The notes under the pieces were generated by a model. That model made no database searches. It had not been told where the DNA came from and worked only from the letters and a program-made list of their open reading frames with translations. Shown here piece by piece: positions 25,211-38,900 of a stretch of 64,000 bases of DNA. This DNA is from Oculina patagonica (taxonomy: Eukaryota): NCBI RefSeq assembly GCF_052425735.1, contig NC_135763.1, forward strand, positions 33,170,001-33,234,000, read 5' to 3'. A program made the position numbers and the translations under genes. Within the stretch, counting starts at the first letter, position 1. Each line of letters starts with the position of its first letter.

Positions 25211-26493
25211 GCTTTAAGAAATCATTATTGATCAAGATTTTGAGATATGCAGATTAAATTACAATCAAAATCACATTAGCAATGTTCCCAGAAAGATGAA
25301 GCAGGTGACTGTCTGGGCGGCCAATCACAACACTCTAAATCTCCGGCCGGGGATTCCCCGTATCAGCGCCTCAGAATTCCAAGAAATCCGCTTTTGCTTC
25401 TCTGAAAATATACTGAGTTGTGTTTCGAATAAAAAATCCTCTCGCTGTCCAGGGCAACCTCAATAAATTAAGGTAAGGACTGATCGGATATACGTACAAA
25501 AAAATTCTCCAGTTTAGAGTAACTGATAGAATCATGTAGTCCAGGTAGATGATTGATCAAAGCATTAATGTAAAGCTCTGTTCAGCTTTCGCTTAAAAGA
25601 CGTTTTTGTTTTCTGGTTTCGAGATCATGCAAGGCCGAGCGAGTAAGTTCATAAATCGCTGAAAATATCACGATTCCAGAACTGAAGAAGATGCTAACAG
25701 TGTTCTATATCTAATCCATCGGACGGTGAAAAGATGTCCGTTTTGCCATAGCAGCCATTTTATATATCAACTGAATGAATCAAATTTACTTGACATGCTA
25801 GCAGAATTAACAACAATTTTTTTCATTCTAAACGATTTTAAATAATCTGGCCGTATTGCAAATACCACCGCTTGGGTCTTGTGAGCGTCGAGTTCGTAAA
25901 ACGTCAATTGAAGATAAAGAACAGTACGACTTTGCAAAATATGGTTTTATTTACCGTTTAATATTCCATCAAAACTGATGAAATGTTTATAAACATTGTC
26001 TCTTCATTTCTTCGTTCCGTTGCAACATGTTCAGTTTACGATTGTTGAGCGTAAACTAGGATACAATCGCATAAGTTTCCAGGCGTAAGGCGTTTTTTTT
26101 TTCTTGTGAACTTGCTGACTTTAAGTAGACGCGACTGTTCATCTTTATAAAAAGTGTCCACCTTTTAGGTTCAAAGCTGGTACTCAGATAACTCTTATGT
26201 GTTTATCACATTGTCATCCTACAAATGCTTAAGAATACATTTTTCCTGCGTTATGCCATCGACCTATCTCACTTTAAAGATACTCCGTCTTTCCAGCACT
26301 CACCTTGCGTAACTTCAGGGAGGTCCATGGAATCGGATGTTTTTTCTTCTTGATATTGTTGTTAAGCTGTGGTTCCATATGCCATGTTCTTATAAAATTC
26401 CTTTTTATGACAGGAGCTTTCATATTTTACTTTTTAACATTGTCAAGCGCCTTTGAGCTCATGGAAATGGCGCTATATAAATGATTCTTCTTC

Positions 26494-26494
<1 letters not shown>

Positions 26495-26577
<83 letters not shown>
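26495..26577. repeat. (TTA)n microsatellite
   Basis: Direct reading of the sequence. Confidence 0.95.
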
Positions 26578-27412
26578 GCATCATCTCTGCTTCGCTTTCT
26601 TACTAACAACGATCGCCTTTTTTGACAGTTCACTATCGTTGGTATATTATTTGACTTTAAACGCCGGGTACCAAATAAACGCCGGGTCTCCAAGGTGAAG
26701 TTAAAAATAGGCCCATCGAGTATTTATTTAAGGTATAATAAGCTGTAGCTATATAAGCGAGATACAGTTTTGTCAAAAATGATGAAGAAAAGTCGCTGCT
26801 TAATGATAATCGGGCTCCAATAAACTGCAGGAGTCAAATAAACGCCGGGTCCTCCAGGCTAAGTTTGAAATAAACGCCGGAGGCGTTCAATCGAGAAAAT
26901 ACGGTAAATTTATTTTTGCTGTTTTTAAGAATGACTTGCATTGTATTTCAGCATTGGATCTAATATATACTACTTATTTAAATTTAGTACAGACATCCGA
27001 CTATTATTCACTCTAGTCGCCGGAAAGGCTGCTGATATCGACAGTGGTATACGTAAAAGAAAAGAAACTGAAATTAAAGTAACATTAGTTACCTTATTAG
27101 TGTGTGTGGTTGACAAATAACCAGCCGCGTTGTTTCCTAGTGATAAAATATATCCAGACGTTGGCGTCAAACTTCATTTTACGATAACGATAATAACAAA
27201 CCCATCATGTTGTCATGCAATTTCTGACGAATGAGAGACAATTGTGGTATCGATCAAATTAGTCAGAAATTATATTCTGACGGCACGATATGTAGAGGAC
27301 CGCGTATTGTCGTGGGATGTTTAGGGGCTATTGAGGCATTTGGCAGGTGTTTTTTTTTTTGCATGTTAGTCAGTCTTTGTGTGCGCTCTCTTTTTCGCTT
27401 AAGTTTCTTTAA

Positions 27413-28068
27413 GGACGTTCGCGCGAAAATCCTCCAACATTGCAATTTTTCTTAAAATTTCACCAGAGCTAGTTTATTAGTTGCTTTTATCAGAAATGTA
27501 AAAAAAGTGGGGGTCACCGACTTCGTTTCCGAAATACGATAACCGAAAGAGGGCGCGTATTTGGATAAATTTCACTTCGTCACTCGATATGACCTCAGCG
27601 GCTTCGGGCGACAAAATGTTTTAAATTAATTGATGTAGGCTAACTTTCTTTGTCTGAATTTATTTTAGTGGGTCTATTGTACAAATATATTTCGGTTTTG
27701 AAGTCCCTTAGGAAAATCTTGCCTTAAAGAATTGGATTTGCGAACACGCGAGACTGGAAAATGTCACTAATTTGGTCGCGCGCGAGGGGAGAAAATGAAA
27801 AAAATAACAAAGTTCCAACATTGGAAATTCGCTCATTTTTTGTCAATCAGTAGAGATTTATCAGTAAAGGTGGTATATCCCGAAAAAAGTGGGGGTCACC
27901 GACCGTTTAAGAGAGGAAACTGCAAGCGAAGTTAACGCAACGGCTACCAACCCTTAACGTGTTTGGAAAGTTGTCTCAGCGCGCGCGCTCGTGCATGACG
28001 TGGCGTGACGTTGCGGCATGAATTACGTGCGCAGTAAGGATGCGCATAAACAATTAGCGCGAACGTCC
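27413..28068. mobile_element. TTAA-flanked MITE (Kolobok-type, GG...CC termini)
   Basis: TIR ggacgttcgcgc / gcgcgaacgtcc, TTAA at 27409-27412 and 28069-28072, internal repeat aaaaaagtgggggtcaccgac. Confidence 0.8.
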
Positions 28069-28420
28069 TTAATTCGCGATAGATTCTCTAACAATTATTC
28101 AACATTGTGCCCTTTCCTCGGAGTCTCGTCCCTCTTCATGTGATGAGGTATACGTTGCCCCAATTTTGGGCCACATTTTATGGCTAGGATTCAATTTAAG
28201 GGACAATTAAACTCAGTGACTCAGAGTTCATGTTTTGCTGCACTATACATTCAAACTTGATTTCACATTCCTTAAAGACTTCTTTAGCTGTAAACTACAA
28301 GATACCGGTCTTAGTTTAAGTTATACTCTAGTTGGGGCTGAATTAGGGTAGGGTGATGGAAAAAAATATTTTTACTGGGATATTTTCAACTTAAAGATTT
28401 TGAATTTTCTTCGTCTCCAG

Positions 28421-31400
28421 GCCCTTTAGGTCAATGACCTTATGGCCACATATCAGCGGGAAATGCTGTCTTGGTTTTACATCAGAAATCATCGCTTACA
28501 TACTGCGTTCTTGTTGTTTAAAAGGTAAGTTTATTATCTACCATTTGGCTTACTTCTTCCATATGTAAATCATAATGTTAAAAATTCGTTTAAACAGTTG
28601 TGGTCTTACACTTTTAATAAAAGCGCACGCGCAAAATAATCACTCATCCCCTTGATTTTAGGTCTATTTGGCAACGTTTTCGCTTTGTTGAGTTAATCAA
28701 TCATTAAAGAGACATCTTTTCACAATTGGGTTTAACTAAGGCAAGTTTTTAATCGTATACCTTCAAACAACAACAACAACCCAAGTTTGACATGATTTTA
28801 GCGAATATTCAGTTACGGTTTCCATGCGGAAACTGTTGGCGTTTGCTCTTTAAAGTAAATACAGGTTTTCAATATACATATGTTGATAAAACGAAGTATA
28901 AGTCAGAATTTCCTCCTCATCATGCAGCTGAAGATATTTAGAAATTCAAAGGACTTCATTTGTCTTGTTTGTGTTTTACTTCATCTGAAACTGAATTAGC
29001 GTGCTAAATTTTCCGCTTTCGAAATGGTGGTTTATTATTTTGATAAATTCAATTTTAGACCCTCAGAGTAATGAGCAAAGGGTCACTATCGTGTGGAGAG
29101 GGGGGAGGGAAGGAAGCGCGCGCGCGCGGGGGGGGGGGGGGGAGGTGACTGCTGCGGCGGTTTCCGCTCACTAGTCTAAATAGATAAAAAAAAAAAATAA
29201 GCCGCTATCCGAACATATTACGAAGTATTTGCCTCAGTATAAAAGTTTTGTTATTTTAGAGTCAAAACCTAAACAGAGGCTACTTATAAATAGAAAGCCA
29301 TCCACATCGTCTACCGTATCGTTATTTGGAGTGACTTAAAAAAGGCTGCTTATCCCTGATCCGTGATAACATTGAATTTGGACAGAAAAAAACGGCGCCA
29401 TCTATATAGTCTAGGCTCATAGATTGCCCTCACCGAGCCAATAACACAGAGATAATTAACTTTCTTTTGCTTACAACCTTATAATGCTTTGGTCATGCGA
29501 ATCGAGCTTTTCCGCTTGCGCGAAGGATTTCAGGAACCAAAGACACATAAAGACTTGATTCTTCGTAGTCTAGCTCAACATTTGCAAGCAGATTAGTTTG
29601 TCATACCTTCAGCCACACAGTTCTGATCTGGAATAACTGAAATAATAATAATACAAATAATAATAAATAGCGTGATTTCCAGCAGTACCTTCCCACCAGG
29701 CAAAGAAGTTTTTCATCCTTTCCCTGGTGGGAAGGAACAACATGTTGCTTGTTTTGTAATACAATTTGCATCATGAATAAACATGACTTCTATCGGGTTT
29801 TTCCGCAGACTGAATCTTTTGAATAAATTATTATTCTTAACACTGATCTAGAAGCAAAGTATTCAGATCTTTACCCCTGACATGTCAAATGTTTTATTCT
29901 TTTGATGTTGATCATTCTTATAAATTTGTCGCATAAAAAGGAAGCCGTTGGAAGGTTAATAAGGTGAGTTTGTGCGATTTATTGTTTTAATTGTTTATAT
30001 TTCAGTGAATATAAATCGTTTTGAGTAACCACGAGGCCGCGGTCATGCCGGAACGTGTTTTGATGTTCACGAATACACAGTTCACTTTTGCGCAAAGGAA
30101 AGAATTGTTCACTACAGTCACATGATTGTAGTGGGAGATGCGACGGTACAGATTTTAACGTTATTTCTGTCACGTACGGACGATGTTCTTTAGGTACCGT
30201 TTCGTACAATATGTAGTCGTTTTCATTTTAGACATTAATATTATCTGCTAGATCAATCTACCGTCTTAGAAATATGAAACAGAATCACGGATCAGACTGT
30301 AAGTTCAACACTTAGCTTACTCGGCTGGCGTAAAGAAATCGGAAGTGTTACATTTTATAGAAGCTTATAGATGATTGTGAGATGTCTCTATTTATTCTTT
30401 GAAAGCCGTGTGGCGCGAACTACGAGCGGCGAGCGGCGAGCGGCCCGCGGCGAAGACCCAGACTGATGCGAGGACCGGACGCGAAGAGTGCTATTACCGT
30501 GGGGAACTAAATGTTTTGCAAGAGTTTTGTAGATTGGTTATTTTTTTGTATTTTGCAGGAGCTAATTTTTGCGATTTACAGGAAGTCTACTGAATTAAAA
30601 TTACAACATTTTCGCTTTATATATGAGTAACAGTCAAATTACAGGTCAAATTTAATAAAAAAAAAAAAGAAAACGTTTCAAAGTAAGTGTCAGTCTATGC
30701 CAGCTATTTCACTATCGTCTTGATTGCTCTGTCAATAAATTAATATTAACTTCTGTTCCACCTGGTACATTATCCCCCGAGATATCGCAAGCATTTTCGT
30801 TTACGGCACAACGAAATTTTAACAAACATCGAAAAAAGACGTTTTTGTAGGCACCAACACATTTTTTTATGCTTATGTAAAGATGATACTGATGTGACTG
30901 ATATTTTCGCTATGGAATTTTTTGAGGTAATGTTTATTTGAAGGGACTTATTTGCGGATCACGAACAAAACCGCAGGCAAACCGCAGAACCCACAAACGT
31001 TACAAGGTATATGAGCGATGATGCCGCGAGCTGCGACATCGCCGCTCGTATATATATGTAGAGAGAGAGACTTGCTGGTCATTGTCTCGCTGGCGCTCTG
31101 ACTCAGTACCTTACCTTCGACGCAGGCTCCTACGCAGACATTCTTTGGCTCGTCAGGGGTAGGGGGGAAGGAAGGGAAGATGGCGTGACGAGCAAAAAGA
31201 ACCTCTGCGTGGGAGGCTAAGTGCTTAACTCGCTTGGTATTTTAATATTACTCCGACATGCATCATGTGATGAAGTATTAAAATGCTTCATTGCACACGG
31301 GTCGATAAGATACTTGTTCTAGAATGCAGCCGGAATTCAACATCAGACAGGAAACCTGTTTATAATCCAGGTAAGTCAAGAATTGTCGCCAGGAGTCATG

Positions 31401-33302
31401 CACATATTCCGGTGTATTGCAAAAGAGAAATGTTCTATAGTGCCGGTAGTTGCTAATGTAACAAACCCGGGAACAAAACTACTTTGCATGATCGACATTC
31501 CGATGTCGATAGTTGTGCGTCATTAGTTAGTCTGGAGCAGTTTGCCAAATGTACATGGGACGAATTTTTGCGGAACTAAAGTTGGGATTATTGAAATGGC
31601 TACTCTGCGCTACTCAGTCTCCGCAAATCAAGCCTCAAATTTATCAAATCCATGCAAGCCAGAAACTGTTGATCATCATTATTCAAGTCGTGCGTTGTGT
31701 CTCGTCTTGTTCCGTTTTACTTGTGTCACTAAAAGCGCGAGATCAAAAATACTGGCAATACCAAACCTCCTCTATTACATGTTCTACAAAACAGCTGGTT
31801 TGGCGGAGAAAAGCGCAGAGCGCGAGACAGAAACTTATCGACTAGCGCTCCACCCTTGCCCTTTCGCATCGCGTTTGTTTGCGCGCCGTCTGTTCTGCAT
31901 GAGCAGAATAAAACTGCAATCAGGCGTTTTTTTGAAAGGGAGAGGAAAAAAAACCTGAATGATCAGTAGGAAGGGAGGGCATGATCTCAATCGATCAAGT
32001 TGTGCAGAAATAATCCAACATTTGACAGATATATTGGATAGACACTGACCTCAAGACCAACTCGGATGGATATAAATATTGTATTTCATGCTTGAACCGT
32101 CTGAAATAACAACATCACGCTAAAATTAGGGTCATTTTAAAATGTTAATCAACCAGGCTCTGCAGGCTCATCAGTTGTGAGAAGAGTATAAACATGCTTT
32201 TGTTCACACCGTCGATGCCCATACATACAGTGGAACCTCGATTTAACGAACCTCTATATAACGAAGACCTCGGTATAACGAACGATTTTCTTCAGCCCGG
32301 CCAAAGTTGTAGTAAAATGTATGGGACAGAACCTCGATATAACGAAGTCCTCGTTTTAACGAACACAATCCGGGAGCCCAAACGTAAAATGTACCTCGAT
32401 ATAACGAATTTTAGTTAACACGCGACAAAACATGAATGTAAAACAGACCAACATGGATGAAAATACTTTAATCCCAACAGGAAAACAACTTCAAAGACAT
32501 ATGCCCATACCAACTTGGAAATTAAACGTTAAAGCACAAATGTAATTTTTGACAGGGGTTCAGACAGTTCAGATCATTAAATACTGGGTAGTGCAACGTC
32601 ACAGCCTTAAAAACAATTATTAACTATACCTCGATATAACGAACATTTTGGTTGTTTTTCGCAAATTCGTTGTATCGAGATTTTCGATATAACGAACCCT
32701 CGATATAACGAACAAATTTCCCCAGTCCCTTGGCTGTTCGTTAAATCCAGGTTTCACTGTACATTGTTCGAAATGTGTAAAAACAAGGAATATCGAAAGG
32801 GTCTTGTTATCGCAAAAAATGGCGAGTATAAAAGTCTACATTGAAGCTCAGCGTAAACGTAAACCGACTCTAAACCTACCTCAATTGTTGTATTTTGTCG
32901 TCTCTTTGGCTTAAAATCGCGAATTTTAGCGATTTGAAGAGTTTTGCGTTGACTGTTTAATGTAGACTTCAATCGCAATATTTGTAAAGTGTTGTAACAG
33001 AATGGATAAGAGGAACTCGGCGATTTGGATGATTGCTTTCCTTTTTATGAAGTATAAACAGAAGGCGAACCAGTAGAGCGTGAAAGGTGTAAGTGGCATC
33101 TGCAAAACTAGCCAACGTGACAGACCAGTCAAGAATTCATTACTAATTGTAAAACTACTTGGATGTCAGACAGTTGATTGGTTATTTTAAAATTCATCAA
33201 AAATTTGAATTTTTTGGAGCTTCAGTGTCGTCGTTAGAGCAGTAGAGGTCTTAGAGGCCTTCTTGCTACATCACTGACATCAGGCCACAAACAGGCTCGG
33301 AG
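28421..33302 (+). other. Candidate non-coding 5' UTR exons of gene B (28421-28524; exon ending 31370; exon ending 33302)
   Basis: Paralogous to the gene A islands, with gtaagt donors at 28525, 31371 and 33303. Confidence 0.45.
32228..32759. mobile_element. Tc1/mariner-pogo-type MITE with TA target duplication
   Basis: TA-cagtggaacctcgatttaacgaac ... gttcgttaaatccaggtttcactg-TA, with internal repeats of cctcgatataacgaa. Confidence 0.85.
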
Positions 33303-35450
33303 GTAAGTGTAGATTCGATTATAATTCTCCTCTCAGTGATCGAATTTATAGTAAAATGATGAAAGTAAACAGGGATCTTTATAGAGGCACGGAAGTGTTC
33401 AGTCTCTAAACGAACTAAGGCCAGCCTGAGCAGCTTAAGGGTCGCTAAACTGCAGTGTGAACCGATGAAGAGTTGTGCACTTATCTTCCACATACGAATT
33501 CGCTGTTTGCAACGGGCAAATCGTCATTTGTCGGATGCCACTCAATCAACGCTGTACACTAGAAATGGGGATAAAAAGTCGTTGCTCTAAACGCAATGAG
33601 GCTTCATCAGTAACCGAGTAATGTTGTTATTTGTCATGCAAACAGTAAGCCATCACTCCCACGCACGCTTTTGTTTGACACGTCATGCAAGAGTGGAAGG
33701 AACCAAACTGTAGGCATCTAATTCTGCGCGGGCCGGATACAAGGACCTTCCGCTGGACACATTTTTAGGCGGTGACGCCTATATGCTGTGGCCCGTGGAC
33801 GGGCAATGTTACGATTACTCCAACCGAGTAGCACTGGGAACTAGGCACTTTGTTGTTTACTCAGTTTCGGTACGCCATCTTTGATTGTCATGAGTACTGA
33901 ATCAACTTTAAGAGCATCCATCGGCAAAACGCGTTTGATTTCTAACGTACAGTTAAACAGAGTTTTTTGTTCAGGGGAGAATGATGTACTGGATAATTGT
34001 GAGCTCGCTTAAAGAACTTTTCTACCGTTATACGTGTATTCGAAGTCGGCATACGTGATGGCGGACTAACTTGACTGATGTTGAATTTGACGAGTGAATT
34101 ATTAGGCCGGTTAGTGTCATAACTTTTGAAACCTTTCCAAAAGGGAGACCGATGGCAGCAGTATCTTGATTAGATTGCAAAGGTGAGCTATCTGAAATCT
34201 TTGTTTGCTTTGACGTGTATTGTTGTCGATAATATTTAAGTTTAAGTTAATTTTCTTTTCTTTTCCCTTCGCGACTCGCCATCTTCATTTTACTGCTTTT
34301 GATAATATTTATTCGGGTATTTATCTCAAGCCATTAAAAACAAAACAGTGACGGTATCCATATTCCTATTTGTACGAGAAGCCAGAATTAAGAAAGAACT
34401 TCTACCCTATTGATGATTTAGCTGATCTAAAATGTTTTGTTTGATAAGTTGCATAAATGCATGGAAGTGATTTTAGTAAGCGGTGTTGACTTCATTACAT
34501 TTCAGACCATTTCAATACGGAAATGTCACACAATCTATAGGTGTGGAAATCAATCCTGAGCCTTTCTGTTGCTAAATGACGAAGTCCATAATGATTTAAT
34601 GTATTTATCTTATCATACTGTAGGTTTGTAATGTATTGGAGGTTCGTTTTGTAGTCAAGGCAAATAAAAATTAAAATGAATAAGAAAAATGCAATTTCTG
34701 GGATCATTGTAAAGCGTCGTCGCCTGTGCATGCATGTATGCGTGCCGGTTATTTACTATTGCCATGTTTCAGATCCATTTTTGTTTTCCCAAGGTTTCGT
34801 GAGCACAGGCGCCAGACGGATTTCCGGATCCCAACAGCGATAAACTACAGCCTTAAATCTGTTTGTGTTCGAAGGCTAGTGGATGAATTTGGTGGTCTCG
34901 ACTGAAACGTCTAAACGTTTTTTTTTATTCACCGACTTCTTTATTTAGCGATGATTTAGTCGTTGTAAAACTGTCATCATCGTCATCGTCAAGTTCGCTT
35001 ATAGTAAAATTAAATTATATAACAATATAACACCGTAAAATCCCAATCATAAGCCCCCATCCCCCGAAAACAATAATAATTAAATACCCACCATAATCTC
35101 AGACGCAAAAGTTCTTCCGATAGGAGTCCCTCCTACGAACACCGGGGACATATTCTTTTTTAATTAGTAATTACACAAGAAAATTACCCCCTACTTTTAT
35201 TTAGTATATGTTAATTTTTTTGTCAAATTTCCTGAAAATTATTTAACACCCCATGGTAAACGTCATTTCTTCTGCATGCATTGCGTGCCGTTTATTTGTT
35301 TTAGACTGACTCAATGATCTTTAGTTCTTATATATCAGAACTCATAATTTATTGGTTTAAACTATCACCATTATTTGTACAGCTCAATGCATATTGCTCA
35401 CTACTATTGGCTACTTATTAAAAATTAAGGTTAAAAGCGGTTAAAAATAT

Positions 35451-35521
35451 GACTAAACGTTTTCGATCCATACATATTATCATCACTCTGATGATGATCA
35501 ATTAGATCGAAAAGTTTAGTC
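35451..35521 (+). ncRNA. Minimal hammerhead-like motif with a partial inverted copy (Penelope-like remnant)
   Basis: act-CTGATGA-t-gatc(aatta)gatc-GAAA-agttt-agt at 35485-35520, preceded by inverted gactaaacgttttcgatc. Confidence 0.5.
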
Positions 35522-35993
35522 AAATTTTTAACAGCTTTGAACCTTACGTTAGAATATTTTCTTATTTCCTGATGATCGGCGAATGCTCGGAATAAAACAA
35601 AATACAGTAGCTTAAAACAGATTTACAGTAGAACATGTTTTGGGTTTCACATCGTTTTGTTTAGGAAGTCTTACCAGGAGGGTCATGAATGGTCCATCAA
35701 AATTTTGCAGTGCTCGCAAAATTAGGCTTCTGCTCGGAATGCTCGCAAATTTTTGCTGGTGCTCTTTTGCTCGTGGTCGCATAATTTTACAAGTGCTCGC
35801 ATGCTAGGCTTTTAGTGGAGGCACCTTTTTGAAAATTGATTGGTTGCTTACATGTAAACTCATCTAATACCTGATTAATATTCTGAGATCAGGAATAGCT
35901 TCGGTATAGCTATATCTGATAAACGATACAACACGATAACAACTCACTTTCTCTATTTTTAGGAGAAGCTAATTAAGTTTAAAACTGCAAAAC

Positions 35994-38900
35994 ATGGGCG
36001 AAGCAGAGGTGATAAGTCCTAACAGAAAATTCATCGATGCACTGACTTCCCAAGAACGTAGACTTGACGAAGATTACCATTGTGTTGATGAGCTGTCTGC
36101 AAGACGGTTCATCGTAGAACGCTTCGAAGAAACGCTAGATTTCCTTCAACTTGCAAAGGTGGAAAAGGCGCAAAGGTCTTTACAAACTGCTTACAGACCA
36201 CTTCTAAAGTTATCACCCAATAGCTTTTCTAACCCAACTGACCATGAGAAGCAGCAACTGGAACGTGGGAGAGAGATGTCTATTCGTTGCGTAACTGGAC
36301 CCCCTTTTTGTGGTGTCATTTTGTTAGACCAAGTGGACTCAAATCAGGATGATTACTTTTACATTAAATTTACTAATGTTTTCGGAACTCTTGCACTTAA
36401 ATTGCATGAACATTGCATTGCTATTGAAGTATTCAAGCTGGCTGTTAAGAGTATCGACACTGATACTCACCCTCACCGTGTAATCGAAGAGCATTTCGAT
36501 TTTTCTGTATCTATAGCCAAGACTAACATGGCCTGTGTTTATCTGATTATGAGAAAACTCGACGAAGCAAAGGAGACTTTAGAATGCGCGCTCGAGAGTT
36601 TGGAAAGATTCAAAGAGGAAAAAAGCACAGTGACTGTAGAAATAAATATTTTTGCTGCACAAAACAACTTAAGCTTAGTACTTCAAGTTCAACAAAACTA
36701 CCCAGCTGCATTGAAGCTTCACAATTATCTTGTTTCTAGAACCAGAAACCTTAATTTACCGATTCATATGGTTCTTGCCTTACACTACAATCGACTTGAT
36801 TTTTTGTTGGAGCTTAGAGACCCTGGTAAAGCATTAACGGAGCTGGAAGAGATAAAGTCTCTCTCTTTAACCGCAATAGAGAAATATGGGATACCTGAAG
36901 AATATATTTTCTCCAAAATTTGTTTGGTTTTTCTGACGAATGGGAAATTGGATCGTGCGGAAGCAATCGCTGAAAAGGTATCTCTTTCTTTTGCCTTTTC
37001 GTCTTCTTTACCTTCAACACAGTCGCCATGGTCAACATCGTCATCATCCTTATCATCGTCCTTGTCATCGTCATCGACATCATCATCATCTTCGTCGTCT
37101 TCTTCTCCTCCTTCTTCGGAGTTTGAAGAGTTTCTTACGCTTAATGAGAAGTTGCCTTGGGATTTCTTAGTTGCAACAATTCTTAATTTAATCGATTTCC
37201 ACCTTTTTCAAGAAAACCTAGAATCTGTGTCCATGTTCCTGGATGGCCTTTTGCCAGGTTGCAAAGAAACGTTTGGAATAAGTCATCCGACATTTGCGTC
37301 ACTTCGTTATAGACAGGGTGTCAAATTGTCTCTCATGGGACAGAACGTGCCATCAAAGCACTGTTTCGAAGAAGCATTAGGCACATTTACAAAGATTGGT
37401 TTTGCTTCATCTCACCCGGAAGTGGCAAGATGTAACGAGGCCCTTGCACGGTTATTATTGCGTCAAGGTTTTCAAGAGAAGAGTTTCTTGAACAGTCAAT
37501 CAGTCAAAGGAGCGCAATCTGATTTCGTTGAGCCCAGTAACGAAACAACAGTTTTCGAATTTCCAGACAGTAATACGAGCTCGTCTTTGTTTAGAAAGTT
37601 TACGAAACATATTATTAAAAGTGAGGAAAAGGTGGGTGAAATTTCAGAATTTGCCATGTCAGAAAAATTGCTGAAATTACAAGGACCGTCAATTGGGCAG
37701 ATCAAAGTGTGGCCGCATGACAGGTGTATAAAGATCAGTACCCAACCTACCCACCCAAAGCAAAGCTCTGAAATCAAAAAGGTCTTGATTGAAGAGATGA
37801 AAATGTGTGCGTCTGCTCTTGGAGTTCCACCATCACGTGTAAAATTATTGAATCGTGATCTAAAAGTAATAGGATCTCAAGAAGAAGTTCCTTTTCTCAA
37901 AGAGTGTTCAAAAGATGACTGGCAAGAAGACTTGGCACATGATGTCACCGATGGCGTTGTCAACTCTGAAGATCCCCCATTCCAAGATGTCTTTGATTCA
38001 CAAGACCACAACGGAGAGTCACATCGACAACAACCGATTCAACAACCAAATAAAGGGAAGTCTAAAAGCAGAAAGGTGGATGAACTCGTTAAGGTGCCCA
38101 AAAAGGACGGGGACAAGAGAGGATTGGGCGTACCAAGGAAGAAAGATGAAAACCCAAGTCTTGTCTTCAACGAAGCAAAGAACCGCATTAACTCGTCCTG
38201 TGTAGGAGAGTGTGCTGTTGCAGACGATGGTGCCAATTACCATTCTAATGCAGTCAATGGAGCGTGCGGATATCAAAGCAACTGGCATCTTCAAGCTGTT
38301 GACAACCCTCAGGATGGTAAAGAAGACAAAGAATGTGGTTCAAAGAGGAACGTTAAACGTACTCTTGGCTTGAAAGGTGGACGAAGAGATGAATTTGCTT
38401 CAAACTACAGTTTCTACGATGCTGACAAGGCATACACCTCCGAATCAAGTTACCTTGGAATAGAGCCTGATTTTCTCGCTCGTCATACCAATGATGACAG
38501 TATGTCTTTGAACTACAACTCTTGTAAAATGGGTGAAACTGAAGAACGGTTTTGTAAATTTCCAGATTGTCCAGAATGTTTTTCAAGAAATACTGCTAGT
38601 GCTACCGCCACTGCCTTGATGTCTCCGGCTCAAACCCCTTTAAACCCTAACGGTTATCAGCCTCAGCAGTCTTTCATCGACTCATACAATGGCCAATTCT
38701 CCATTCCTGAAGTCGATGCAAACTGGAACCTACCACCACCACCACCTCCATTTCCCAGTCTTCCTTACGATGTACCTAAGGAACGCCATTACCTGTCAGA
38801 AAATCACTTTGCCATTGGTACTGTCCAATCAAGAACCTCGCGGTATATCGACCCTGTTGGAGGGTTCACGCTGCTTCCAAACCGCAATGACGTAGGCGGG

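Noticed and set aside
26427-26693. Poly-Asn protein
   Set aside because: Translation of the (TTA)n microsatellite.
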